A DNA stretch of 64,000 nt from positions 6,882,001 through 6,946,000 of the forward strand of contig NC_092674.1 of assembly GCF_964355755.1 (NCBI RefSeq). Direction: 5' to 3'. The stretch is from Antedon mediterranea. Its lineage: Eukaryota > Animalia > Echinodermata. This document shows, piece after piece, positions 58,301-64,000 of this stretch. The notes beneath the pieces are model-generated. The model searched no databases and had not been told where the DNA came from. It was given only the letters and a program-made list of their open reading frames with translations. The translations under genes and the position numbers were made by a program. How positions within the stretch are numbered: the stretch's first letter is position 1; every line of letters begins with the position of its first letter.

Positions 58301-60778
58301 ACCTTCTCCCACCAGTGGCTTCTCCCACCAGTGACAAGAGTTAGCATATAAAAGTTTGTTTGTGTAGACTGGCTTTACAGGGTTTGGCAATGACAATCAT
58401 CATTGCTCCTAGTAAGCTATTGACCATGAGGTTAAAAGTTTGAAACTATCACTACATTTTCTAGACAATAACTTTTTCTTAAATTGTTTCTGGAAGAAAC
58501 CATTTAAGTACACCACTGAAACTTATGAGCAATCTTTTCATATTTTTCACCAAGTCTCTTGAGATTATGTATCTTTTCATTCCGGATACTTGGTGTCATT
58601 GTACTATTCATATAGTAGCAAGGCTGAATTAATTACTATTTTAATTCATTTTGATTAATATTTCAACTACGAATGTTGAATATTGCACACCCTGACCCTT
58701 ATCTTATCAAATGTTGGTTGACATCAATTTGACCTCTTATTCTAAATGTTGAGCTGACAATGACATGAACTAAATAAGATGTTGATTAGTACAATTTTTA
58801 AAATTATTAGCACTTAATAAATGTACGTTATCTTTTACTGGAAATAAATAACAGTATGCTTATTTTCTAGACACCACAATATAGTGGCACTACACCTACA
58901 GTAAAAGATGTCTGTGATCGTTTGTTGAACCTTGACGGCTTAGATCCAAGTGCAATTCCAAGATACCAAGCAAAGATTGCAGAACACAACATTAATGGGC
59001 ATGTTCTTCAACAGTGTGACATAGATGAACTAAGGAATATCCTTGGAATGTCATTTGGAGATTGGCAGATTTTCCGCGGGATGGTTCTCCAGTTACGAGA
59101 TCAAATGATGTGCTTTCCCTGTGGAGGTAGCATCTCCAGTTGTGACCAGGCCCAAAATGAACCGGTCATCACGACTAATCCAGTACCGTCGGTTTCTTCA
59201 CAATCTCATAATGACTATTTAAATCTAAGCTTTGAGGAACTTAGAAAAAGCTCACGACCACCTTCTTCGGACTCTTCCACCCATTCTGCCTTCCACACCT
59301 CCCATCCGTACCTTGGCATGTCACCAAGTGAGCATCATAGCAACTCGATAGGAGGACTACCAATTGGTATTATTGGCATTAATTATAGTGTAGAGGATGA
59401 GAAAGCCAAGAAGACCGCTAAGAAGTCAAAGATCAAGACCAGTGCAAATGGTGATGGGCTTGTTCCTGCTATTACAACTCCTCTGTCTTCAGTAATTGCC
59501 TCTTACAGCTCTAGAAATGATGCAAAGTTTCTGCAGAAACAAAATGGAACTGCTCATACTGGTTATTCAGGTATGGCTACGGAGTGCGATCGGACCGGAT
59601 CATCTGGATCCACTGCCATCCATGAAGTATTAGCAGCAGACGGTGAACCTGCTGTGTTCCAGATTGGAGGAGATGAAAACTTGCCAGGGTCAGAAGAAGA
59701 AATGTCCGAGATGTGGGAGGAAGAATTCCCTAAAGTTGGTGAAGAGAGTCCGAAAAGGAGGTACAGATTTGGTGTAAGTCAAAACTCCTTGGCTGGAAGT
59801 ATTGAAAAACTAAAAACTAAGCTGTCGCATAGTATTGAAAGCTTACAAAAGCGGGGCGACGAACGTGAAAGTTTGTTAGGCAAGTCTTTGAGAAGTGGTG
59901 GTAACGGTTATCATGAGACTCATTTACATTACAACAGAAGTAACGAGAGTCTTGATGAAAGAGATGGTGTTCCTCTTCTTCAAGCCTTACATCAGGGGAA
60001 CCCTGACGCAACTCCCACCTCTTTAGAGAATGACAGTGGCCATGTCAGCTCTAGCGAGAAAAATTCTCCAACAGATGCTGCTTTGAAAGCTGCAGCTGCA
60101 GCAGCATTGTCTCCAAAACCACTTGATAGTCCCACCAGAAAAATCCACCGCGATATCGACAAAGCTCTGCAAGCGGCAAGAGCAGCTCAAAGAGCACAGC
60201 ATTCAGATTCCCCAAATTATCTAGATCAGCAAGATTACCATATAGATGATCGAACATCTCATGAACAATCCCTTCTGTCAGGCTATTCATTCTACACAAG
60301 TAACCAAGAACTTCCAGGCGTTCCAGAAAGTGATAACTTCCCGGTGTTGACGAGTTCCTCTGCATCGTTCCCAAACACTCCTCAAAAAGGTCTGCCCAAT
60401 ACTAACAACAACGGGAAGATGTACTACAAGTCAATACAGTCGATGGACGAGTACAGTGGAGTACCGATGTCTCTGCGACCGTTGATCCGCAGTCGCTCAA
60501 CTCCGAACCAGTTCTCGGACGAATCATCGTACTTCACAAAGCAGGTTCAAGAGGGAAGCATGAAAACTCTGGACCAAAGCTTTGAAGCTTTTGTGACACT
60601 GACAGCTGAGCAGAGTAACAGGAGGCATGTAAACTACGATGGAGAAACAGCGTCGCCTGTCCGCGCTCAGAGTAGCCCTTATCGAATGTCTGCCCCAATG
60701 GAAGTATTCAGCATAGCTCAACAGGGCTCTCTGGATATTAAGCATCATCCAAGGCAACATAGCGACACTTTAGTTTGA
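2085..60778 (+). CDS. KIDINS220: Kinase D-interacting substrate of 220 kDa / ankyrin repeat-rich membrane-spanning protein orthologue; spliced CDS, 23 exons, ~1798 aa
   Basis: Joined exons 2085-2210, 27497-27595, 33927-34025, 35395-35493, 41331-41429, 43468-43566, 43994-44092, 44403-44501, 44892-44990, 46680-46778, 47000-47098, 47201-47378, 49661-49822, 50300-50563, 51127-51283, 51770-51921, 52057-52721, 54044-54121, 55035-55224, 56102-56267, 56654-56832, 57109-57290, 58871-60778 give one open frame with GT-AG introns. Diagnostic peptides: [91 protein letters not shown]. Confidence 0.96.
2344..2895. mobile_element. TIR element with tandem triplication of its left ~180 bp
   Basis: agggatcatgtcaaaattattc starts at ~2344, ~2517, ~2712; inverted end gcagtagaataattttgacatggtccct; single copies at ~18448-18667 and ~38297-38523. 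Confidence 0.65.
2924..4096. mobile_element. Inverted-repeat element (Harbinger-like), host of a nested insertion
   Basis: cttacgaatacgataacgaaaac at 2924 is the reverse complement of gttttcgttatcgtattcgtaag ending at 4080; left tip truncated. Confidence 0.65.
3206..3876. mobile_element. Tc1/mariner (pogo-like) non-autonomous element, TA target duplication
   Basis: TA-ccatactgacgcgggtagaagccca ... tgggcttataccctcgtcagtacgg-TA; repeated motif ctcgggtataagcccaccc. Confidence 0.75.
5640..5910. repeat. Degenerate (ATC/ATT)n microsatellite; similar tracts at ~15320-15410 and ~36600-36810
   Basis: atcatcatcattatc runs. Confidence 0.8.
12159..12421. mobile_element. Family K MITE copy
   Basis: ttaa-agatgaattgtccccc...ggaggacaatacatct-ttaa. 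Confidence 0.7.
12470..13220. repeat. Tandem array, ~5 units of ~145-165 bp
   Basis: tgtatggtaaatcattggtatttcacacacggaacacacagcttcca...aaggaatc recurs near 12495, 12640, 12805, 12962, 13129. Confidence 0.85.
14590..15041. repeat. 69-bp minisatellite, ~6.5 copies
   Basis: atgacaatgctgtgggtatcagtggctggatctcaatggaggtataacatcaaaataagcactgacaaa at 14800, 14869, 14938, with diverged 5' copies. Confidence 0.9.
19069..19262. repeat. Interspersed TIR-type repeat (gtgcctagcttacctggataaacc family)
   Basis: Shared with ~30028-30233 (which has the inverted end ttatccaggtaagctaggcacgaa) and fragments near 18228, 24160, 24892, 33810. Confidence 0.6.
21682..21829. mobile_element. Palindromic Harbinger-like MITE
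   Basis: agcatggttcccactagagatgcaa ... ttgcgtctctagtaaaaaccaagca with inner ttgaccaatcaca/tgtgattggtcaa; related fragment at ~32100-32195. Confidence 0.65.
21916..22708. mobile_element. Tc1/mariner (pogo-like) non-autonomous element, TA target duplication
   Basis: Perfect 23-bp TIR CCGTATTTTCCGGAGTATAGGTC; repeated tataagtcgacccc; no transposase ORF. Confidence 0.85.
22725..23050 (+). mobile_element. Full-length tRNA-derived SINE
   Basis: Pol III A box TGGCCAAGCGG and B box GGTTCGAGCC; gagcggtgag/ctcactcgctc pairing; central gtcttctcggataaggactataaaccgtagg...ttaaagaacc; (AAAT)n tail. Confidence 0.8.
25097..25260. mobile_element. Small GGATCC-TIR MITE
   Basis: catttgtggatcca ... tggatccacatatg with G-rich and C-rich interior. 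Confidence 0.5.
26380..26960. repeat. Degenerate GT-rich low-complexity/tandem repeat
   Basis: Recurring gatggttttggta and ggtttttcacatggatgatgg. Confidence 0.75.
27497..27595 (+). CDS. KIDINS220: KIDINS220 exon 2, ankyrin repeat ([33 protein letters not shown])
   Basis: ttttag| ... GAG|gtaaag; 99 nt, phase 0-0. Confidence 0.93.
32229..32931. mobile_element. Tc1/mariner-like non-autonomous element with expanded subterminal ~19-bp repeats
   Basis: TA-ccgtaaatcgtctaattgtaacc ... ggttactattagaagatttacgg-TA; (gtgtgggttactattaga)n at ~32665-32920. Confidence 0.75.
33927..34025 (+). CDS. KIDINS220: KIDINS220 exon 3, ankyrin repeat ([33 protein letters not shown])
   Basis: tttcag| ... ACT|gtgagt; 99 nt. 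Confidence 0.95.
34506..34663. mobile_element. Family A MITE copy
   Basis: taa-agctctttctacactatcaaact...tagacagagct-tta. Confidence 0.8.
35395..35493 (+). CDS. KIDINS220: KIDINS220 exon 4, ankyrin repeat ([33 protein letters not shown])
   Basis: tttcag| ... CAG|gtaaaa; 99 nt. Confidence 0.95.
35598..35830. repeat. Polypyrimidine (C/T) tract ending in a long C run
   Basis: ~230 nt almost free of purines. Confidence 0.85.
36320..36571. mobile_element. Tigger-like MITE (CAGT...ACTG, TA target) with a nested SINE head
   Basis: TA-cagtagaaccc...gggtctactg-TA; ggacac subrepeats. Related copies or fragments at ~9550-9940, 17455-17612, 18030-18147, 44561-44728, 49135-49287, 56846-56905, 62656-62805. 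Confidence 0.6.
37190..37930. repeat. 23-bp minisatellite, roughly 30 copies
   Basis: (cttaaactaccactattttcagt)n. Confidence 0.92.
40433..40812 (-). mobile_element. Degenerate 3' end of an RTE-clade LINE in two pieces
   Basis: Minus strand: [18 protein letters not shown] (frameshifted, ~40812-40670) and [11 protein letters not shown] followed by (GAT)n (40484-40433). Confidence 0.7.
41331..41429 (+). CDS. KIDINS220: KIDINS220 exon 5, ankyrin repeat ([33 protein letters not shown])
   Basis: ttatag| ... AAG|gtaagg; 99 nt. Confidence 0.95.
42133..42332. mobile_element. Family A MITE copy with four internal 21-bp subrepeats
   Basis: tctacactatcaaactttatgtgac...(atcactaccatattt)x4...gtgtagacagagct-tta. 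Confidence 0.8.
43468..43566 (+). CDS. KIDINS220: KIDINS220 exon 6, ankyrin repeat ([33 protein letters not shown])
   Basis: cttcag| ... ATG|gtaggt; 99 nt. Confidence 0.95.
43549..43848. repeat. 60-bp tandem repeat x5 spanning the exon 6 donor
   Basis: tgatattgcaggcatggtaggtgcattatcatcttaggctatgttcacactaagcctgc at an exact 60-nt period. Confidence 0.92.
43994..44092 (+). CDS. KIDINS220: KIDINS220 exon 7, ankyrin repeat ([33 protein letters not shown])
   Basis: tttcag| ... AAG|gtaagc; 99 nt. Confidence 0.95.
44403..44501 (+). CDS. KIDINS220: KIDINS220 exon 8, ankyrin repeat ([33 protein letters not shown])
   Basis: tcgtag| ... AAG|gtaaac; 99 nt. Confidence 0.95.
44892..44990 (+). CDS. KIDINS220: KIDINS220 exon 9, ankyrin repeat ([33 protein letters not shown])
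   Basis: tttcag| ... AAT|gtaagt; 99 nt. Confidence 0.95.
45176..45300 (+). repeat. ~125-bp interspersed repeat with a B-box-like start; second copy ~46206-46331
   Basis: Shared ttcgaatcc.gccagagacattttttcatac...atgagatcatgttcc...atgagcactgtttc.ataat. Confidence 0.75.
46680..46778 (+). CDS. KIDINS220: KIDINS220 exon 10, ankyrin repeat ([33 protein letters not shown])
   Basis: tttcag| ... AAG|gtaaat; 99 nt; overlaps ORF 46695..46895. Confidence 0.95.
47000..47098 (+). CDS. KIDINS220: KIDINS220 exon 11, ankyrin repeat ([33 protein letters not shown])
   Basis: tgttag| ... AAG|gtattt; 99 nt. Confidence 0.95.
47201..47378 (+). CDS. KIDINS220: KIDINS220 exon 12, last ankyrin repeat and conserved linker ([59 protein letters not shown])
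   Basis: tggtag| ... CCA|gtaagt; phase 0-1. Confidence 0.95.
48071..48455. repeat. 157-bp tandem duplication x2.5, nearly identical copies
   Basis: gaaatattgaatgctaccatgacatg at 48071, 48228, 48385. Confidence 0.92.
49661..49822 (+). CDS. KIDINS220: KIDINS220 exon 13, start of KAP NTPase with Walker A (...[34 protein letters not shown])
   Basis: ttgcag| ... AAG|gtaaat; phase 1-1. Confidence 0.95.
50028..50090 (-). mobile_element. Retroposon 3' tail (L2-clade-like)
   Basis: Minus strand gtgtaaagcgcttag...gtgctatatag...(att)n. Confidence 0.45.
50300..50563 (+). CDS. KIDINS220: KIDINS220 exon 14, TM1 - Pro/Thr-rich loop - TM2
   Basis: ctgcag| ... TAT|gtaagt; within ORF 50242..50571; two hydrophobic segments. 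Confidence 0.93.
50818..50944. mobile_element. Family A MITE, short copy
   Basis: agcttctgtctacac...gtgtagacggagct. Confidence 0.75.
51127..51283 (+). CDS. KIDINS220: KIDINS220 exon 15 ([52 protein letters not shown])
   Basis: ttgcag| ... CAG|gtaagt; phase 1-2. Confidence 0.93.
51406..51516 (-). mobile_element. tRNA-derived SINE head, second family; plus-strand copy at ~36418-36530
   Basis: Minus strand ggagctgtagcttggtggttaacatgcttggc...ggattcaattctgacctgtgccagggttgtaactcaag; A/B boxes; matches 36430-36530. Confidence 0.65.
51770..51921 (+). CDS. KIDINS220: KIDINS220 exon 16 ([51 protein letters not shown])
   Basis: Weak acceptor ctgaaag| and donor AAG|gttggt; frame and conserved ALPIRF...GGET...EFGF motifs fix the boundaries. 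Confidence 0.9.
52057..52721 (+). CDS. KIDINS220: KIDINS220 exon 17, TM3-TM4 and KAP Walker B ([13 protein letters not shown])
   Basis: ttgcag| ... TCC|gtaagt; core of ORF 52029..52781. Confidence 0.95.
54044..54121 (+). CDS. KIDINS220: KIDINS220 probable exon 18, variable linker ([26 protein letters not shown])
   Basis: ccttgacag| ... TCG|gtactt; 78 nt, phase 0-0, open frame. No conserved motif and skippable, so less certain. Confidence 0.6.
55035..55224 (+). CDS. KIDINS220: KIDINS220 exon 19 (NGSNPPSPD...[30 protein letters not shown])
   Basis: ttctag| ... CTG|gtaagt; phase 0-1. Confidence 0.93.
55700..55965. repeat. 18-bp C-rich minisatellite
   Basis: (ctccccacaaactcaccc)n; explains ORFs 55630..56055 and 55679..55999. 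Confidence 0.9.
56102..56267 (+). CDS. KIDINS220: KIDINS220 exon 20 ([33 protein letters not shown]...LQNLYE)
   Basis: ttctag| ... AAA|gtaaat; phase 1-2. Confidence 0.95.
56654..56832 (+). CDS. KIDINS220: KIDINS220 exon 21 ([28 protein letters not shown]...[17 protein letters not shown])
   Basis: ttgtag| ... GAG|gtaagt; phase 2-1. Confidence 0.93.
57109..57290 (+). CDS. KIDINS220: KIDINS220 exon 22, Ser/Thr-rich linker ([12 protein letters not shown]...VQNPFQKR)
   Basis: Long T tract + ctaaag| ... CGA|gtaagt; phase 1-0 bridges exons 21 and 23 exactly. Confidence 0.85.
57979..58374. mobile_element. Longer Harbinger-like MITE related to family A
   Basis: ~34-bp imperfect TIRs agtctacactagtaaacttttgtttgcaaactct / agagttagcatataaaagtttgtttgtgtagact, right flank tta. 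Confidence 0.65.
58871..60778 (+). CDS. KIDINS220: KIDINS220 terminal exon: SAM domain, disordered tail, class I PDZ-binding motif DTLV*
   Basis: ttctag|ACA is in frame with ORF 58922..60778; SAM-like TVKDVCDRL...[34 protein letters not shown]. Confidence 0.95.
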   Translation, partial: TPQYSGTTPTVKDVCDRLLNLDGLDPSAIPRYQAKIAEHNINGHVLQQCDIDELRNILGMSFGDWQIFRGMVLQLRDQMMCFPCGGSISSCDQAQNEPVITTNPVPSVSSQSHNDYLNLSFEELRKSSRPPSSDSSTHSAFHTSHPYLGMSPSEHHSNSIGGLPIGIIGINYSVEDEKAKKTAKKSKIKTSANGDGLVPAITTPLSSVIASYSSRNDAKFLQKQNGTAHTGYSGMATECDRTGSSGSTAIHEVLAADGEPAVFQIGGDENLPGSEEEMSEMWEEEFPKVGEESPKRRYRFGVSQNSLAGSIEKLKTKLSHSIESLQKRGDERESLLGKSLRSGGNGYHETHLHYNRSNESLDERDGVPLLQALHQGNPDATPTSLENDSGHVSSSEKNSPTDAALKAAAAAALSPKPLDSPTRKIHRDIDKALQAARAAQRAQHSDSPNYLDQQDYHIDDRTSHEQSLLSGYSFYTSNQELPGVPESDNFPVLTSSSASFPNTPQKGLPNTNNNGKMYYKSIQSMDEYSGVPMSLRPLIRSRSTPNQFSDESSYFTKQVQEGSMKTLDQSFEAFVTLTAEQSNRRHVNYDGETASPVRAQSSPYRMSAPMEVFSIAQQGSLDIKHHPRQHSDTLV

Positions 60779-61199
60779 ACATAGCAATAATTATACAGAA
60801 AATGATCATGTGACTGATAATAAACTGCATTATTGGAAAGAAAGCTGGAAGAATACTGATTAATGCAAGATTTACGCAAGAGATATTGAATATTGTATGA
60901 TATATGACAGAAAGAAAATTCCTACCAAATGTGCATACATACTTCGTATTGGTACTACTACCTGACTAACACTTTGAAGGCTGAAAATGTTTTGTTAAAA
61001 TGTGATGTTAATTTTGATGTTTAAAACTATGAAGAGAACAAATAACCTTTATAAACTGTGCGATTATTTATTAGAAAGTGGTAGTTGGTGAAATTTCAGT
61101 AGCGGAATAGAAGTTACAATATGTACAATGTTCAGGTTGCCATTTCAACCTTGGTGCTTGTAATTATCTAGTACATGTGACTTGTTTGGAAATTTGTTG

Positions 61200-61615
61200 A
61201 TGTTGACCTTTTAGATGGTCGCCATAGATGTAGACCCAAAGTTTACTTAGTGACCGTTTGTTGTCATGGTAACCTGTCATCGTAGACGATGAACTGTGGT
61301 CTTGGTGACCTACCTATATTGCCATAGAGGGTGACCTAAATTCTTAAGTGATTGTCGTCCTGTCTCTCAATGGTGACCTTTTGTCAATTTGGTGACCTGT
61401 GTTGTTATGGTGACCCATGTGTTGTCATAGATGGTGACCTTTTCGTGTCTCATAGATGATAACATTGTGAAATCATAGGTGTTGATGGTAACATTTTCAT
61501 ATATAGTGGCATTGTGTATTAGATGGTGACCTTTTACCATCATAGATGTTGACCTTGTGTCATCATAGATTTGTTGACCTGTGTGTGTTGTCATATCGAT
61601 GACCTATGACCTGTG
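61200..61615. repeat. Degenerate repeat in the presumed 3' UTR
   Basis: Recurring catagatggtgacct / tgacctgtgttgt. Confidence 0.65.
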
Positions 61616-61900
61616 GTGCTTTGTGCTATTAAATGTAAGATGAGTATTTTTATTGAAATGGTGCCACACGTTTGTATTTATTTATGTGTGTAGAGACATT
61701 TTAAAATTTAGATTTACAATGAAAAATATTTTTTAATTTAGTAATGAAAATATGATATACAGTTTTTTGGCATATTTATAAATTTAATTATTACCAATAC
61801 TTTTAAAACTATAGATAACTGTTTTTTTTTACTTTATAATTTCACTAAATATTAAAATAATTTGTGTTTAATTTGAAATTTAATTATACTAAAAAAAACG

Positions 61901-61968
61901 AATAAATTTAGTCACGAGTGCTATATTTTATTTGACTGTTTAAATATCAAATACGCTTAAACAATAAA
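61901..61968 (+). terminator. Candidate polyadenylation signals (AATAAA at 61901 and 61963; others at 60819 and 62285)
   Basis: Hexamers downstream of the stop codon; the true site cannot be chosen in such AT-rich DNA. Confidence 0.3.
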
Positions 61969-64000
61969 TATTGTTCTGAATTTGACTAATTTAAAACAAA
62001 TTAATAGTCTATGTTAAATAAGGCTATTGTCACTGTTAAACATTGTATTTTAAATTGTGTATATTTATTAAGAGAATTATTGATGTTGAAGTCTAACCTA
62101 GTACAAGGAGAGAAAGATTGTCATCCTATTAAAGCATTTGATTGGCTAACGGCAATGATATGGAATCTTTATATCACTTTATTATCACCTTTTGAACATT
62201 ATTTTAGTAGACATTCCTATAAGTATTTTAAATCTCAATTTTTGAATGCAGTTTTTTTCATCAATTTTGATGAACAATTAGAGGAATAAAGTTTTTTATC
62301 TTTACAATTGAAAAAAAATATCTTACATAAAATCTTCCAGTCATTATTTTAATAATAACGTTTTAATTAGTAGTGCAATATAATGAAATATACAATCCTG
62401 AGTAATGATTTTCTTAATATTATAATTTATTATATTTTTATTCAGTGTACGGGTTTCTCGTCCAATACTTCCAACTTATAGTACAGGGTTCATACTGGTA
62501 ATTGAAAACCTGGAACAAAATCATGGAATATTAGAAAATGTCCTACATGAAAAATCATGACAAATTTTGCTTTCGCTCAAAAGTCATGAAAATAAAATTG
62601 AATTGTTTTACTTAAATAATAATTAATTTTGATAATTTTTCTTTACAGGATAATACAGTAAATCCCCTATTAAGGGACACTTTCCCTTGATATGAACGAG
62701 ATACATTTGTGTTAACACTTAGGCCAACCCCTATTATTAAACGGACGATCTTAATAAGGGGAACAATTTGACCCCAAGGGTATCTCCTTAATAGGAGTTC
62801 AACTGTATTCGTATACTAATGTGTTTAGATAACTTCAATTGTGAGGCGTCATGTTTTAAATTTATTATACATATTTTGGCACTTTGTTATTGTAAAGGTT
62901 GACCGGAGAAACCTCGCATAAAGGACACGAGAAAAGAGGCAATGATCGTTTCTTTTCGTACATAAGTTGGGGACCCTTGTGAAACGTCACAACATGAACA
63001 TGAATATTCATTAGTCATACCCATCGCGTCCCCGGTGCTGACCTATCATTTTACCAGGGTCAATTACGCACAGTACAGGTGGATGTGCTTATCATATTGA
63101 AATTACGCAGAGAGTGATACAAACTTCGATGATTCATAATAATATGGCCTTCGTCATTTTCCATTCCTTTTCTGTCTGGTCCTTTTATATATATTTACGT
63201 TTATAAGCAACTGTGATTAATAGCTGTCATTCTTAATTTTGTAGCGTTTGGTATTGATTTTATAACCCTAAATTTTTATCATCACTAATTTTCTATTTTG
63301 AATATTATTATTATTACACTAATATATATTTTTATTTATTGTTTATTACCAAATTGTTACGTATGCCTATTCTTGCGGCAACACCACGTATTTAGTTTAA
63401 GGCTTGGGAATTATTTTTGTAATTCAATTTTTTAATTCATCATTTTTGTCATTGATTATTTCAATGTTTATTTTTCTAACTTTTTTTCAAATATCTTATT
63501 CTGAATATATGATGTGTTTTTCAAAAATTAAAAAAAACTTCTGGTAGAAGGGTTGTTTAAAAAGGTTTTTTTTTTAATTAAAAAAATTGTTCGGCCATAA
63601 AACAATGCCGTATGTGGCAACAATTAACTTTTCTTTCGCAATATGCGTATGTAAACCGTTCATTTTGCGCCTCCCTTGCATAACTATTGTATTATAATAA
63701 TAATACGATAAGTCACAATTTCAGTATATTACATCCGAACTTTAATTCGCCGTATCGGTTCGTTGCTATCAAGTTAACCATGGTAGCGGAAAACCTGTAA
63801 TACGCCTAGCACACGATCAACTGTGTGTAATAAGAAACAAACCTGATCCAATCGGATGGTAATCTATCAAACATTAAATAAAAAGTGAAATTATCGAGTA
63901 CAAATGCAATTACGATTTACAGAAGATGTCGTTATTAATTCAAATGGTTTCCTCTAAATTGGACTTATCAGATTGATTGTAAATGTTTGCGATTTGTCAT

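Noticed and set aside
59817-60760. Antisense ORFs over the terminal exon
   Set aside because: Shadow ORFs of a GC-richer coding exon; no independent features
58922-60778. Stand-alone 618-aa gene
   Set aside because: The ORF starts at TTG and extends in frame to the acceptor at 58870; it is the terminal exon of KIDINS220
1-64000. Species assignment and autonomous transposase genes
   Set aside because: Taxon cannot be determined without a search; no DDE transposase or reverse transcriptase ORF is visible

Overview
AT-rich, repeat-dense eukaryotic (invertebrate metazoan-like) genomic DNA, not a prokaryotic region. Almost the whole window is one plus-strand, intron-rich gene, a KIDINS220/ARMS orthologue. 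I reconstructed 23 coding exons by hand (2085..60778, all GT-AG, frame-consistent, 5397 nt, about 1798 aa). They encode an N-terminal exon, ten consecutive 99-nt phase-0 ankyrin-repeat exons, a KAP-family P-loop NTPase interrupted by four TM helices, a SAM domain and a long disordered tail ending in the PDZ ligand -DTLV. The first coding intron is 25.3 kb. Introns hold many non-autonomous DNA transposons (PIF/Harbinger-, Tc1/mariner- and Kolobok-like MITEs), tRNA-derived SINEs, an RTE LINE remnant and minisatellites. Most ORF-track entries are spurious. I see no evidence of a novel multi-gene system. The best leads are: possible alternative phase-0 first exons and recursive splice sites in the giant intron, a Walker A Ser-to-Cys change, a Pro/Thr-rich insertion between TM1 and TM2, and a tandem amplification of a splice donor. 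Comparisons to human KIDINS220 and repeat superfamilies are from memory, not from searches.
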